From: Candidatus Bathyarchaeota archaeon
GTDB taxonomy: Archaea; Thermoproteota; Bathyarchaeia; Bathyarchaeales; Bathycorpusculaceae
Direction of reading: 5' to 3'
DNA: 64,000 nucleotides
Assembly (NCBI GenBank): GCA_963806535.1
Contig: CAWDYC010000005.1
Span: 96,001 to 160,000, forward strand
In this document: positions 21,010 to 31,124 of the stretch, in pieces
Numbering within the stretch: the first letter of the stretch is position 1
Layout: each line of letters opens with the position of its first letter
Notes under the pieces: generated by a model
The model's database searches: none
Seen by the model: only the letters and a program-made list of their open reading frames with translations
Told to the model about the DNA's origin: nothing
Program-made: the position numbers and the translations under genes

Positions 21010-21398
21010 AGCGCCATATATGGTAGCTTTTAACAGTAAAACCTTATCCTATCCTAAGAATAACTATCCATTTCATTTGAAAAGCTAAAGTGTTACCAAA
21101 CTTCGGTTTTTATGTTACTGGTTTTCAACATAGGTGAACATGGTTTCATGATCCGGTGGACCTCATGTTTTTTGTTTTGGTTTGTTTGGGATTTTTGCTG
21201 CTTTTTGTTTTTCATTTGATAGAGTAGGTATTTGGGTTTGTTGGTTTAATTGGTTTTTGCGTTGTTTTTTTTTGTTCCGATGGGGTTGATTTTCTATTAA
21301 ATCTTTGTCTTGTAAATCTTGACTTGTTTTGGAATCCTGTCGTTTGGTTAGCGTCACATTTTTTAAACCCGCAAACAAATTATAAGTCGGTGCTTGAT

Positions 21399-21683
21399 TT
21401 GCCAACTCAAAAATATTTAGCAATGATCAGAATTAGTCCAAACATGGCTGCCAAACTCTACGACCCCCTGATGGAGTTCACAGAGAAACCATCCGAAGGT
21501 GTAAAGCTAGAAGAAGCGTATCAAGTATTTGGAAAATGGGATTTTGCAGTCCTCTTCGAAGCAGACACAAACGAGAACGCGCTGCATTTCGTGGGAGACA
21601 AAATCCGACTAATAGAAGGAGTAATAGCGACCACCACCATCCCGTTAACGCCGATAAAAAACTACCGCAAAAACAATGAGTAA
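21399..21683 (+). CDS. Small Lrp/AsnC ligand-binding or GYD-like protein
   Basis: Motif AYQVFGKWDFAVLFEA...IRLIEGVIATTT; probable TTG start at 21399. Confidence 0.7.
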   Translation: MPTQKYLAMIRISPNMAAKLYDPLMEFTEKPSEGVKLEEAYQVFGKWDFAVLFEADTNENALHFVGDKIRLIEGVIATTTIPLTPIKNYRKNNE

Positions 21684-21880
21684 TTAATTTTTTTTTCTTA
21701 AACCAATTGCCTCGGAGTATGTTTTTTACTTGAGGTATTTTTTGTCAGAAAATGCGCGAATTGCCGTTGAAGAATAGTTCATAATTAGTTGAAACTTGCG
21801 CCACGATTTTTCTCATATTTTTCGGATTCTTGTAAGAAAAGACCGGAATTGGTCTTAATCAGACTGTATGGAGAATCTCG

Positions 21881-22603
21881 TCACGATTGCTGTTCAAAGC
21901 ATTTTGGAATCCAAGGAACGACACGGATTGAAGGTTCTTTTAGTCCATTAAGAATTGCAACATTTAGCAGCAAAGGCGTTAGTGACTCAATTAACTTGGA
22001 ATTTGCTAAGGCTCCCACTCTAAGAGGACGCAAATTAGATATGTCAGCAATCAAATTAGAAACCAACGCAATCGAATCAGGATTGTCTCCAGCAACTAAA
22101 ACATCAATATTCATTATCGAATCGATATTGTCAAGGTAAGCTGCAGGTACCGTTTGAAATGCCGAAACCACAGGAGTAGGCTCCACAATTTTTTGAACAA
22201 CTTCAGCCGCAGACATGCCTCGATACTGTTCCAATTGCTCAGTAGCAAGCGGTACATAGTTAAACAGACCTTTCCGCTTCTCCATAGGCACAACAACAGA
22301 CAGCACCGTTTGGTCTGCCCTAAAACACTTCTTAACTTCACCCAAAATGTCAATAATTCCCGAACATGGAAGAGCTACTACCACAACATCCGATTCCAAG
22401 GCAGCATCACAGTTAAGAGCTCCTCTAATGCTTCCCTTCATATCCGCTTGATAGAAGCCTCTCGCAACGCTTTCCTGTTCTTTAGCGATTGACAAAGCTT
22501 TGTCAAGGGATCTTGATCCAAGAATGACGTCATGTTTGAATGCCCAACGGACAGAGAGCCCTCCGCCCATATTTCCAGTTCCGCCTAAAATTCCGATTTT
22601 CAA
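21881..22603 (-). CDS. npdG: NADPH-dependent F420 reductase
   Basis: Motifs KIGILGGTGNMGGGL, GSR, SAAE, VVSAFQTV and IESLTPLL; TTG start preceded by AGGAGA. Confidence 0.88.
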   Translation of the reverse strand: MKIGILGGTGNMGGGLSVRWAFKHDVILGSRSLDKALSIAKEQESVARGFYQADMKGSIRGALNCDAALESDVVVVALPCSGIIDILGEVKKCFRADQTVLSVVVPMEKRKGLFNYVPLATEQLEQYRGMSAAEVVQKIVEPTPVVSAFQTVPAAYLDNIDSIMNIDVLVAGDNPDSIALVSNLIADISNLRPLRVGALANSKLIESLTPLLLNVAILNGLKEPSIRVVPWIPKCFEQQS

Positions 22604-22682
22604 AAAAATGTCTCCTAACAGAATATTCTTCGAATGCATTTAAGAACTTTTTCAAGCAAAAATCAAGCGAGTTAGAAATGTT

Positions 22683-22961
22683 TCAGTTTTCTTGTTTCTT
22701 TACTTCACAACTGTCGAATATTTTTCCCATTCTTGTTCTATTCAAGTAAGTAATTAAGGTAAACTGCATTATACCTCCAAAACCGTTAGCCACCACCCAT
22801 GTCCAAGCCCCAAACGTGTTGAAAGACATCGCAAAGATCGCGGATGCAACAAGGAAAATAGTGAAACCTATAACATTAAATTTGATGAAACGCAAAAGCC
22901 ACCTCTTTGCTGAATGGCCAAAGGGTTTGTGGACTGGATTATCAATTTTAATCATGTTCAA
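22683..22961 (-). CDS. Small membrane protein (GtrA-like half)
   Basis: Motif LLRFIKFNVIG...ANGFG with two TM segments. Confidence 0.5.
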   Translation of the reverse strand: MNMIKIDNPVHKPFGHSAKRWLLRFIKFNVIGFTIFLVASAIFAMSFNTFGAWTWVVANGFGGIMQFTLITYLNRTRMGKIFDSCEVKKQEN

Positions 22962-23091
22962 AACCTGTTTACAATACTCAGAATATAGCTCTATTTAAGG
23001 AATCAACAGATAAATCCAAGCTCGCTAAAATTGTTTTTTCAAAAATCGTAAAACTCTAATATAAAACCAATCAATACTGCTTGTTTTGATT

Positions 23092-23360
23092 CATCCCGGC
23101 AATCTCAGTATAAAGACATAGGCAAACGGAGAAGTTCGCCAAGATGGCAACACACATGACATGATTTTCAGCGTTGCCCAGACAATTCACCATCTCACGC
23201 GAATCATGACGCTAGAACCCTGCGACGTTATTGCCATCTGTACCCTTTCGGAAGTAGCTATGGCCATGAAACCGACCTAAGTGGCTACAAGCAGCCGATA
23301 TTGTCCGCACAGAAATCGAAGTTATCGGGAACATTAGAAAATTCAACTCAAGAAATGTAA
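23092..23360 (+). pseudogene. Degraded 3' fragment of a fumarylacetoacetate hydrolase family gene
   Basis: Manual translation [49 protein letters not shown]...WLQAADIVRTEIEVIG. Has stops, frameshifts and a decayed TGTP motif, and lacks the 5' part. Confidence 0.8.
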
Positions 23361-23462
23361 CTTCTAACTTTTCATCGTCGAGTCTTGCTTATTCTTAAAA
23401 TCAAATTGTCAAATGTTTAGGATTCAGTTACTATCTAATTCGTGAATGAACTTTGTTTGGCG

Positions 23463-23762
23463 TCAGGCTTTTTCAATGACAGAAATTTTTTGTTGTGGTC
23501 CGCCGAAAAACTTCAGAACAGTTACGCCGCGTTTTGTGACTGTGAAAACTACGCTACTTTTCTTAATTGTTCGCTCTTCGACCAAGCCTTGCTTGATTAG
23601 AAAGACCAGGTACCCTTTGAGTGTGCTAACGTTGATGTTTGATTCGTGTGCCATGTGCGTCAATCTCAATGGACCCGTGCGTGCCAATACTTTAAGGATG
23701 TCAATGTTTATTTCCAGTTTTGATCGCCTCATCTGCTTTGCCTCAAGATTCTCCAGTTTCAC
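23463..23762 (-). CDS. Winged helix-turn-helix protein (archaeal RRSKLEI family)
   Basis: Motif RRSKLEINIDIL...THMAHESNIN...FTVTKRG. Confidence 0.85.
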   Translation of the reverse strand: MKLENLEAKQMRRSKLEINIDILKVLARTGPLRLTHMAHESNINVSTLKGYLVFLIKQGLVEERTIKKSSVVFTVTKRGVTVLKFFGGPQQKISVIEKA

Positions 23763-23990
23763 AGGTGGTCTTTCTATTGCGCAAATGTAAGTTCTTTTTA
23801 TAAACTTTTGCTATATTCAGATGTTTTAATCATTAAAAAACCAATATTTTGAACCAAAAATGAAGAAAGCTACCAACACTTTTTCTGTGATTGTACAAAG
23901 ACTATCACAATTTTTTATATGCTTTTCAGAATAATAGTAATATCCTTGCACTGCCGATTTAGATAAAAAAGTTAGTATAGAGTTTTCGGG

Positions 23991-24269
23991 ATGACAAGAA
24001 AAAATATTCAAGAAATTGACTTTACTTCAAGTCAAGACCGGAAAAGCAAATCTGACGTAACCAAGAAAAGAATGCTTACTGTTAGATGTGTGTGCGGTTG
24101 CGAAATTTTGGTTGTGCCCGATTTGAAAGCTATGAACCGTGCCATTAGAGATCATGTAGCCGAGCATAAGAAAGTAAGCGATGGTCCAGAGTTTAACTCG
24201 TTAGAACAGTTTTTGACAGAGCAAGTTCTGATAGTCGCAAGCGAAAAGAACATGCCAAATGTAAATTAG
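23991..24269 (+). CDS. Small putative zinc-binding protein
   Basis: Motif CVCGCEILVVPDLKAMNRAIRDHVAEH. Confidence 0.65.
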   Translation: MTRKNIQEIDFTSSQDRKSKSDVTKKRMLTVRCVCGCEILVVPDLKAMNRAIRDHVAEHKKVSDGPEFNSLEQFLTEQVLIVASEKNMPNVN

Positions 24270-24346
24270 TCGAAAACGCTTACCACGGTCTCCAAAAATT
24301 TACTGTAGCACATAGAATTATGCCTTTTTCTTTATGCCCAGGCATC

Positions 24347-25021
24347 TTAACTTTTGACCCAATCAGAAACTACTATCTCATTAGTGTTTCCAAATTCTTT
24401 AACTGTAACAATACCACGTTGCGCAAACCGAGCCACAATCCGATGAGTCTTAAGCCTACTTAACCCAGCTTCCTTTGAAACATACTTTTGCAAATATTTC
24501 CCCTGATGAACAACTAACACATTCAAGACCTTCTTTTCTTCAGGAGTCATTGTTTTCAACAAAACATCGCAGTTGTTTGAGACGTTTTGCATATTCTTGG
24601 CGTTAGTGGAATTTTTTTTGGCTTCTTTATCTTGATTAATGGTGTGAGTTTCAAGCTCAGTTTTTGGTGAGCTGGGATTGCATGTTCCTCTGACGTACTT
24701 TAGTTCTGGAAATGTGAGATAAAACGCGACTCCGATAACTGCAACCGCGACTACAGCTCCTAACGCTACTGGAATTATCAAAAGATAAGAGGTTGAAGCT
24801 GTACCGCCGTTACCCATCATGCCACCCATTCCTCCATTGTTTCCAGTGCTTCCAGTTCCCCTCCACATCTGGCTCATCCAACTTGAATTATAGTAGCTTG
24901 GAGATGAAGTCGCTAAGTACCAGCTAACGAAAGTAAGAGTTAACAAGGCTGCTAAGGTAGCGATCAAAACAATGATGAAAAAGTGTATCCTTCGCATATG
25001 ATACATAAATTTCATACGCAA
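24347..25021 (-). CDS. Membrane-anchored winged-helix transcriptional regulator
   Basis: Two TM segments with a Gly/Met-rich loop; C-terminal wHTH MTPEEKKVL...YLQKYVSKEAGLSRLKTHRIVARFAQRG. Confidence 0.8.
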   Translation of the reverse strand: MRMKFMYHMRRIHFFIIVLIATLAALLTLTFVSWYLATSSPSYYNSSWMSQMWRGTGSTGNNGGMGGMMGNGGTASTSYLLIIPVALGAVVAVAVIGVAFYLTFPELKYVRGTCNPSSPKTELETHTINQDKEAKKNSTNAKNMQNVSNNCDVLLKTMTPEEKKVLNVLVVHQGKYLQKYVSKEAGLSRLKTHRIVARFAQRGIVTVKEFGNTNEIVVSDWVKS

Positions 25022-25132
25022 AATTAAGGGTTACTGGGCGAAACTTGGGTTTGCTCCATGAAAACTTGTGTTTCAAGATACTAGTCACTAAATGAAACAG
25101 AGAAAGATGTTTTTAAAAAAAAGGTTGGTAGT

Positions 25133-25450
25133 TTAAGGTCTGAATCCCATGCATCGTCCATATCCAGGGTAGCCTTGATAGGTCGTTGTAATACCTGTAT
25201 TTGGATCTGTTACTGTTATGTTTGCTGGAAGATCTTGATAGGTTGTTGTTCCAGTTCCATAATTTTGTGTTCCTCTTAATCCGAAGCATCTACCCATCCA
25301 GCCGAAGAAGCCATTGTTTGCTGCTCCGCTTGCTGACCCGTTTGGTGCTGAAGTAGCGATTTGCGCTGAAACCAATCCTACAACTGCAACTGCTAATACT
25401 GCAACTATTGCCAATGCAACTATTAGTTTTGTGTTCATGTTCTTTTTCAC
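25133..25450 (-). CDS. Small secreted or membrane-anchored Gly-rich protein
   Basis: Signal anchor, two MGRC/GRCMG motifs and a GAGG-like RBS upstream. Confidence 0.65.
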   Translation of the reverse strand: MKKNMNTKLIVALAIVAVLAVAVVGLVSAQIATSAPNGSASGAANNGFFGWMGRCFGLRGTQNYGTGTTTYQDLPANITVTDPNTGITTTYQGYPGYGRCMGFRP

Positions 25451-25615
25451 CTCAATAGGATATTAAGTATTCGAATGATATGATAGTTGGCTGAAACAGA
25501 CGTGAAACAGTTTTTTGAAACGTTTTTCACCATGAAAAAAGGACAAATTTGGATTATTTTTCTGGATACGTTAGATTTTTGGTCTTAAGAATTGACTAAG
25601 CCCTTATTTTCTGTT

Positions 25616-26931
25616 TTAATGTGGCATGAAACGGGCGCCTCTTCCAGGAAGTGGTGCTTGAACACTTGCATAAACTGCCAGAGCTAGACTCCAGAATACA
25701 TCATCGTGGCTGCCTTCTGGATGACTAAATCTAAGATGGCCAGTTTTCAGGAGTTCGTATTTTTCGATGTTAAGTTCGGAGGTTAATTCAAGATCGGCTA
25801 TTCTTTTGGATGGAACGTATGGAATTTTGATTTCTTGGGTTCGCATTTTTTCTCTTAAGATTGTTGCCATTTCTTCTTTAGATTGGATATTGAATGTGAT
25901 TCCGTTGACTCCATGGATGCCTCCTCGAACCATGTCTTCAACAATATAGCCGCCTACACCAGTAATGTCGGCATACACAGAATTCATGCTTTTCCAGCGA
26001 TCTTGAAGACTTTTAATGTAGCCAATAACGCTGCCATAAGGGGTTTTTAGTGGAAAACGGTGAACATGAACAATTCTTGTCATGGCTCCAAGCTTTTCAA
26101 CCACAACGACCACGCTGAAGTCTTGTTCTTTTCCAAAATCAACTCCGACATGGAAATCGCCGCTGGGCATTGTTTGAAAATCATAAGGCTCAAGTTTGCT
26201 ATCAATGCAGTTAATTATTAAACTCTGAGTTAGCCAAGCGTCAACGTCTTCGACGAATTCACTCATGAATTCCCGTTGAAACCTCTCAAATGGAATCTGA
26301 TTTCGCATCTCTTCAATAAAACTCTGCTTTATCAGCCCGCTGTTCTTGACATCTTCACATGTTATCTTGTGTTTGCTGAACTGTGGATTTTGGCACATAC
26401 GATAAAAAACGCTGTCTTTACTCCAAGGCGTGCTTGAAGCGATAAGAATGCCATCTGTTGTTGCAAGCATTGGATAGAGCACGTTGAAAAAGACAAGGTT
26501 GTCATCTCGGAAAAAAGCTGCTTCGTCACATATGACTTGGTTTGCTGTGTATCCTCGTAGAAGTTGCGGATTGTTTGGGAGGGCGATTATGCGTGATTCC
26601 ATTGTTTAGTTGGATGATGGTTCTTTGAAGTTTTTTGACAAAAATGTTGGAGTATTTTGGTGGTAGGCTTGTTAGGAAGTCAGTAATGCGGTCGCTCATT
26701 ATCATGCTTTGACGTAGGCTTGGAGCTATGATGAGTGTTAAGGTTTTCTGGTGAGTAAGTGCATACCATATCGCTCTCAGAGCTATGGTTGTTGTTTTTC
26801 CGCTTTGGCGGCTCCAAACTACAACTATGCGTTTGCTTTCATCCCGAAGTAGGTCGGCTTGGTATTTGAGTCGGCTTAAAATTGAAGAATGTTTCAGCAA
26901 AAAGAGCTGGATCTGCAAAGGCTTTTTCCAT
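25616..26931 (-). CDS. Terminase large subunit (ATPase plus RNase H-like nuclease), two frameshifts
   Basis: Reconstructed start MEKAFADPALFAETFFNFKPT/KYQADLL; Walker A SRQSGKTT; APSLRQS; LRG; Walker B VICDEAAF; ASSTP; nuclease motifs GVDFG, YADITG and HDDVFWSLALA. Confidence 0.88.
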
Positions 26932-26932
26932 C

Positions 26933-27340
26933 TTAAATCGTTCCCAATAGTTTTTTCAGTTTCAGTGTTACGTCGTCGTCATGTATTATTTCCTTGAAGA
27001 TTTTACCTCGCATTTTAGGTGTAAGTTGCAGTTCATCAAAAGTGGAAATGAGCATGCAGTGAATCTTTGCTAGAGCGTCAGCATACTTGCATACATTTGC
27101 TTTGTTTTCATCGCTGGAAAGAAGTTCTTCAATGTAGAGCCAATCAGCAAAAAGTCTTGCTGCTTGCTCAATGAGTGGTGCATCAAGATTTCGTACAAAG
27201 GTCGGTCTTCTTCCTAAATGCCTGAAAATTGCTCTTCTTAGTTCTTCATATTCTCCACGCTGCCTATTCGCTATGCGCCGTTCAATAAAATGTACTGGAT
27301 AATTGATTCTTCTCATGTACAAATCACTAGTTTTCAACAT
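26933..27340 (-). CDS. Helical hypothetical protein, candidate terminase small subunit
   Basis: Stop abuts the terL start. C-terminal DELQLTPKMR resembles the LGLTP..R motif of P27-type small terminases. Confidence 0.5.
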   Translation of the reverse strand: MLKTSDLYMRRINYPVHFIERRIANRQRGEYEELRRAIFRHLGRRPTFVRNLDAPLIEQAARLFADWLYIEELLSSDENKANVCKYADALAKIHCMLISTFDELQLTPKMRGKIFKEIIHDDDVTLKLKKLLGTI

Positions 27341-27563
27341 ATGTCAACATACTTTCATGAACCGGGGGGGGTCGACTATGCTCTCCCATCGGAAGAGGGT
27401 TAACACTGCTTAAGAAGAAAGCGAACAAACTACTCTCCACATCAGCGGAGGGGGAGGTGAAAGTGAAATTACTGAAAACATTTTAAGCTGAAAAGACCTA
27501 AGCTCGGCTGTTACAAGTAGTACATTGTTTATTTTTCCATTATCTACCCCTTTGCTTTCAAGC

Positions 27564-27610
27564 GTTCTAGTTGTAGAACAAAACGTTCTATGACGAGAGC
27601 TAATAAGTAG
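27564..27610 (+). promoter_or_regulatory. Operator/promoter: GTTCTA-N4-TAGAAC-N5-GTTCT...AGAGCTAATAAGT
   Basis: Inverted repeat plus a TATA-like box; a closely matching copy lies at 29328-29373. Confidence 0.7.
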
Positions 27611-27639
27611 CTTGAAAACAATATTTGCGGTGACAACGT

Positions 27640-28842
27640 ATGGACTTCAAGTACAAACTAATCGTCGTTGCTGTTTTAGCTTTGTTGAGTGGAACAGCGT
27701 TTGCGGCTCCAATGCTTATCGCGCCGTTGGACGTTAAACCTTATCCACATGTTAGTGAAGGACCAAAAGCTGATTTCAGCATCGACATTTTGTACGCTAA
27801 CCTGAGTGTTATTGAGTGGCAACGAAACCAGACATCGCAAAAATGGGTTGCTGATCCTACAACTGGCAATTACTCGACGGTAAACGTTACCGAGTCTATT
27901 CCTTACACAAACGTCACATACACAGTAATTGCGAACATGACCAACCTATCGGATTTAAGTGCAAAAATGCATGAAATGGGTTTTGCAGCCGCCCAAAGCA
28001 TAAGCATAGTTAATTCAGCGTTAGGCGGTGAATCCTTCAACCGAGGCTATGCTAAAGATCCAGGCGTTAGTTTTGGTGGTGTCGTAGACGGTGTTTGGCT
28101 AGACGGCAAATGGGTCAACACAACCTGGATCCCAGGCAAGAATTATCCCTACAACGTTTTTCAGATAATGACTCCACAGCATAGGACATTGTCTTCTATT
28201 CCTGATTTGCCTGAAAACTCCACCAATGACGGCACTTGGATAGAGGGCGTTCCAATAGGCGAATCCTATGATCCAACAAAAATGTCCGAGACGCAAATTT
28301 ACGTTAACGGTGCGTGGGTTGATGTAACCGGCAGAATACAACCAGGTACCCCACAACCGATAGTTCTAGCAAGCAATACACTAGTAGACCAAGTGTTAAC
28401 CTCAAGCACACCGATCTACCAGAACATGAACTCCAGTATCGGCCCGATAACCGCATTTCCTGATTGGCACATGTATAACTCCAACGGTCCAGCGTTGAAA
28501 TGGTCTGGGGGAACTGGATTTAGCTATGTTTGGGAACCCCACCAATCTAAACTCATCGCTTTCACAGGCATGCAATCTTACAATAATGCAGAGGGCACAA
28601 ATAGCACCCTTGCCTCTCTTGAAAACGGGAATATAACCCTCTACGGATCAATAACCAGCTTCATTAACAACATGCCAGTCGATGGCATATATTCCAACAC
28701 TGTTGCAACTGCCACATGTCTTAACACAGTGCAACTCCAAATAACACCCAACGGATACATATACAACCCCGTTCTCTCCGGTAACCAAACATTCCAGCTC
28801 TCCCCAAACGGTATTGAAGCATTCATAAAAGAGGAGCCATAA
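27640..28842 (+). CDS. Secreted or surface protein
   Basis: Signal peptide; internal repeat (GVWLDGKWVNTT, QIYVNGAWVDVT); many sequons. Confidence 0.75.
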   Translation: MDFKYKLIVVAVLALLSGTAFAAPMLIAPLDVKPYPHVSEGPKADFSIDILYANLSVIEWQRNQTSQKWVADPTTGNYSTVNVTESIPYTNVTYTVIANMTNLSDLSAKMHEMGFAAAQSISIVNSALGGESFNRGYAKDPGVSFGGVVDGVWLDGKWVNTTWIPGKNYPYNVFQIMTPQHRTLSSIPDLPENSTNDGTWIEGVPIGESYDPTKMSETQIYVNGAWVDVTGRIQPGTPQPIVLASNTLVDQVLTSSTPIYQNMNSSIGPITAFPDWHMYNSNGPALKWSGGTGFSYVWEPHQSKLIAFTGMQSYNNAEGTNSTLASLENGNITLYGSITSFINNMPVDGIYSNTVATATCLNTVQLQITPNGYIYNPVLSGNQTFQLSPNGIEAFIKEEP

Positions 28843-28843
28843 A

Positions 28844-29323
28844 TTGACAAACACCGAAGAGCTCGAAGGCACTACCCTAAACGTATATTCGTGCATGGTT
28901 AAGGAGGGTAAAGCGTTAGGTCCACGCGAAACAATGCGGCTTGCAAACCTTAGCAGCCCCAGCGTTGCTTATTGGCACCTGCAAAAACTGGAATCACTAG
29001 GCTTAATCGCTAAGAACGAGTACGGCGAATATACAGTCAAGGAAAAAATAAACATCAGCGGTCATTTATGGGTGGGGAAAACCCTTGTCCCGCGGCTGAT
29101 CTTCTATGCTTTCTTTTTCATCGGGATATTAATTGTGGAGGCAATAGTAATTGCCATTCCATTCTTTCAAAATGGCCAAACTCCAGGGTTGTACATTTTC
29201 TACTTGATGGGCCCAACTGCCATTGCTATGGTGCTGTTCCTTAGCGAAGGCATATGGTTGCGCAAAAAAACACAGAATGAAAGCGCCAAGAAAAAGGCAG
29301 CAGTGGAAAAACCACTGTCCTAA
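28844..29323 (+). CDS. wHTH regulator with two C-terminal TM helices
   Basis: Motif GPRETMRLANLSSPSVAYWHLQKLESLGLI followed by two hydrophobic segments. Confidence 0.82.
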   Translation: MTNTEELEGTTLNVYSCMVKEGKALGPRETMRLANLSSPSVAYWHLQKLESLGLIAKNEYGEYTVKEKINISGHLWVGKTLVPRLIFYAFFFIGILIVEAIVIAIPFFQNGQTPGLYIFYLMGPTAIAMVLFLSEGIWLRKKTQNESAKKKAAVEKPLS

Positions 29324-29327
29324 GGCT

Positions 29328-29373
29328 GTTCTAACAATAGAACAAAGTGTTCTGTCATTAGAGCTATAAGTCG
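29328..29373 (+). promoter_or_regulatory. Second copy of the GTTCTA-N4-TAGAAC operator/promoter
   Basis: GTTCTAACAATAGAACAAAGTGTTCTGTCATTAGAGCTATAAGT aligns with 27564-27610. Confidence 0.7.
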
Positions 29374-29404
29374 TAAATTACTTAGTGGCTAACCGGTAAG
29401 AAGT

Positions 29405-30325
29405 ATGAATAACATTAGAGCTAAACTGTTTGCGGCTTCTCCAGAATTGCCCCCAACAAATGAACAACCAATTTCATCATCGCCCGTCAAGCGCAGGTGG
29501 TTTGGAAAAAAGTTCTTTGGTTTATTAGCCGTCGTTGCGGTTGCAACAATTGTGGTAGCACTCTTTATTATTCCTCTGGGCTCAGCGGTAATACCGCTTA
29601 ACGTTGATTATACAGTTGGCGAGAAAATGGTTTACGATACAACCATTAATAGCAGTTTTGATAATTCGGCTATGCCATCAGGATCTACCGCTAACCTGCC
29701 TAGTAATACAACCATAAGTTACCAGCAAACTATAGACGTCACTGGTTTTGACGGAGAATACTACACCTTGAATCACACAATGACAATGGCTCTAAACAAT
29801 AAACCATTTAACTTCTCAGTGGTTGAGAAAATGAATAAAACTGGATACTCCGCGTACTTGCTTAACCTAGGAAGCACCCAGCAGGAAGTACCTAACAACG
29901 GATTAACAAGTAGCTCTTATCTTGCCCAGTTGTTAAACCAGCCAGAGGTTAAAGTGGGCGACACTGTAAATGTGCCGTTCCCAACCGGCAACTCAAGCAT
30001 TGGGGTTACAGGCGAATTAAAAATGACTTTCAAAGGCACCGAAGACCTCACAGTTCCAGCAGGCACATACAAAGTATTCAGAATAGACATAACAAGCAAC
30101 AACCTAAAAATGAACTATAGGACGCCATTGAGCGGCCTAAGTAACTTTACGCCAGCAAACATTACCATAGGCATGAACGTGAGCTATCAAATTTATATTG
30201 AGTATGGGACAATGAGGCAAATTAAGGCAAACATGCAAGAAAGCGTTTCAACTCAATCAGCAACAATGAACTACGGAATGAAAATGAACATGGATATGAC
30301 GCTTATCGAACATATTAAACCGTAA
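29405..30325 (+). CDS. Membrane-anchored extracellular beta-rich protein
   Basis: N-terminal TM; motif EDLTVPAGTYKVFRI. Confidence 0.75.
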   Translation: MNNIRAKLFAASPELPPTNEQPISSSPVKRRWFGKKFFGLLAVVAVATIVVALFIIPLGSAVIPLNVDYTVGEKMVYDTTINSSFDNSAMPSGSTANLPSNTTISYQQTIDVTGFDGEYYTLNHTMTMALNNKPFNFSVVEKMNKTGYSAYLLNLGSTQQEVPNNGLTSSSYLAQLLNQPEVKVGDTVNVPFPTGNSSIGVTGELKMTFKGTEDLTVPAGTYKVFRIDITSNNLKMNYRTPLSGLSNFTPANITIGMNVSYQIYIEYGTMRQIKANMQESVSTQSATMNYGMKMNMDMTLIEHIKP

Positions 30326-30719
30326 TTAAGAGTCTTAAATGTTGACGTTGACTGAGAGTTAGGGCAGTTACATTGTTGCCGCGAAATGTCCGATTAGGGA
30401 TGCCCACTGGGGTCACTTTGAGCCATCGCATTCATTGTAAAAACATTTCTTGTTGGGTTGCTAACTTTCTTGTTTCAATTAATATAAGGCATTTTTTACT
30501 CTGTAAAAGTATATTTTGGCGAATTAGGAACCGCCAAGGAAGCAATGTTTATCAGTTTATTTTGGATGAATTCGGAACTAAATCGAGTAACTTATATTTT
30601 TCCGCAGATATTTCGATGCATTATATGAACATCTAAGAGTTGACATCTCTTAAAGCCGAGGTAACCCTTAATACGTTATTCCAAGTGTTTGATCTTTTCA
30701 TTGTCATTATTTTTATTTA

Positions 30720-30891
30720 ATCAATTTTTTTTCAATCCATCATTCGACATAGCCACAGTTAGGACAGTAAAGCGGAGTTATTTTATCACTAAAAGATCGC
30801 CTTGTTTTCTGATAAACATCGCCCCTTGACTGCCTGTCTTACCTATTCTCCTTTGCTTTCCGCATTTTGGACATTTCTTGGATTCTTGCAT
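30720..30891 (-). pseudogene. Degenerate small zinc-ribbon protein gene
   Basis: MQESKKCPKCGK...IRKQGDL continues after a frameshift as KITPLYCPNCGYVE*WIEKK. Confidence 0.55.
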
Positions 30892-31124
30892 AATTAAGCG
30901 TCATAAATTAGAATGATATACAAGTTGAAAATGGTCGTATGCTGGTTTGTTGGTTTACCACAAGAAACACAAAAAGCTGAAAACAGCTGAATTATAGATT
31001 AGAAAAATATTAGACACAAAAATTGAGCGCTCCAGCCTTGCTTGGTTTTCGCTGCTACCTTTTTAATCCGCTTTCCTTTCCATTTATTTGTTATTTCTTT
31101 TTTCATGATTCAATGCTCAAGTCT

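Noticed and set aside
25616-27340. Intact provirus
   Set aside because: No portal, capsid, tail, integrase or att pair is recognisable around the terminase genes.
27445-27486. GGAGGTGA RBS followed by GTG AAA TTA CTG
   Set aside because: The frame closes after 7 codons; at most a gene remnant.
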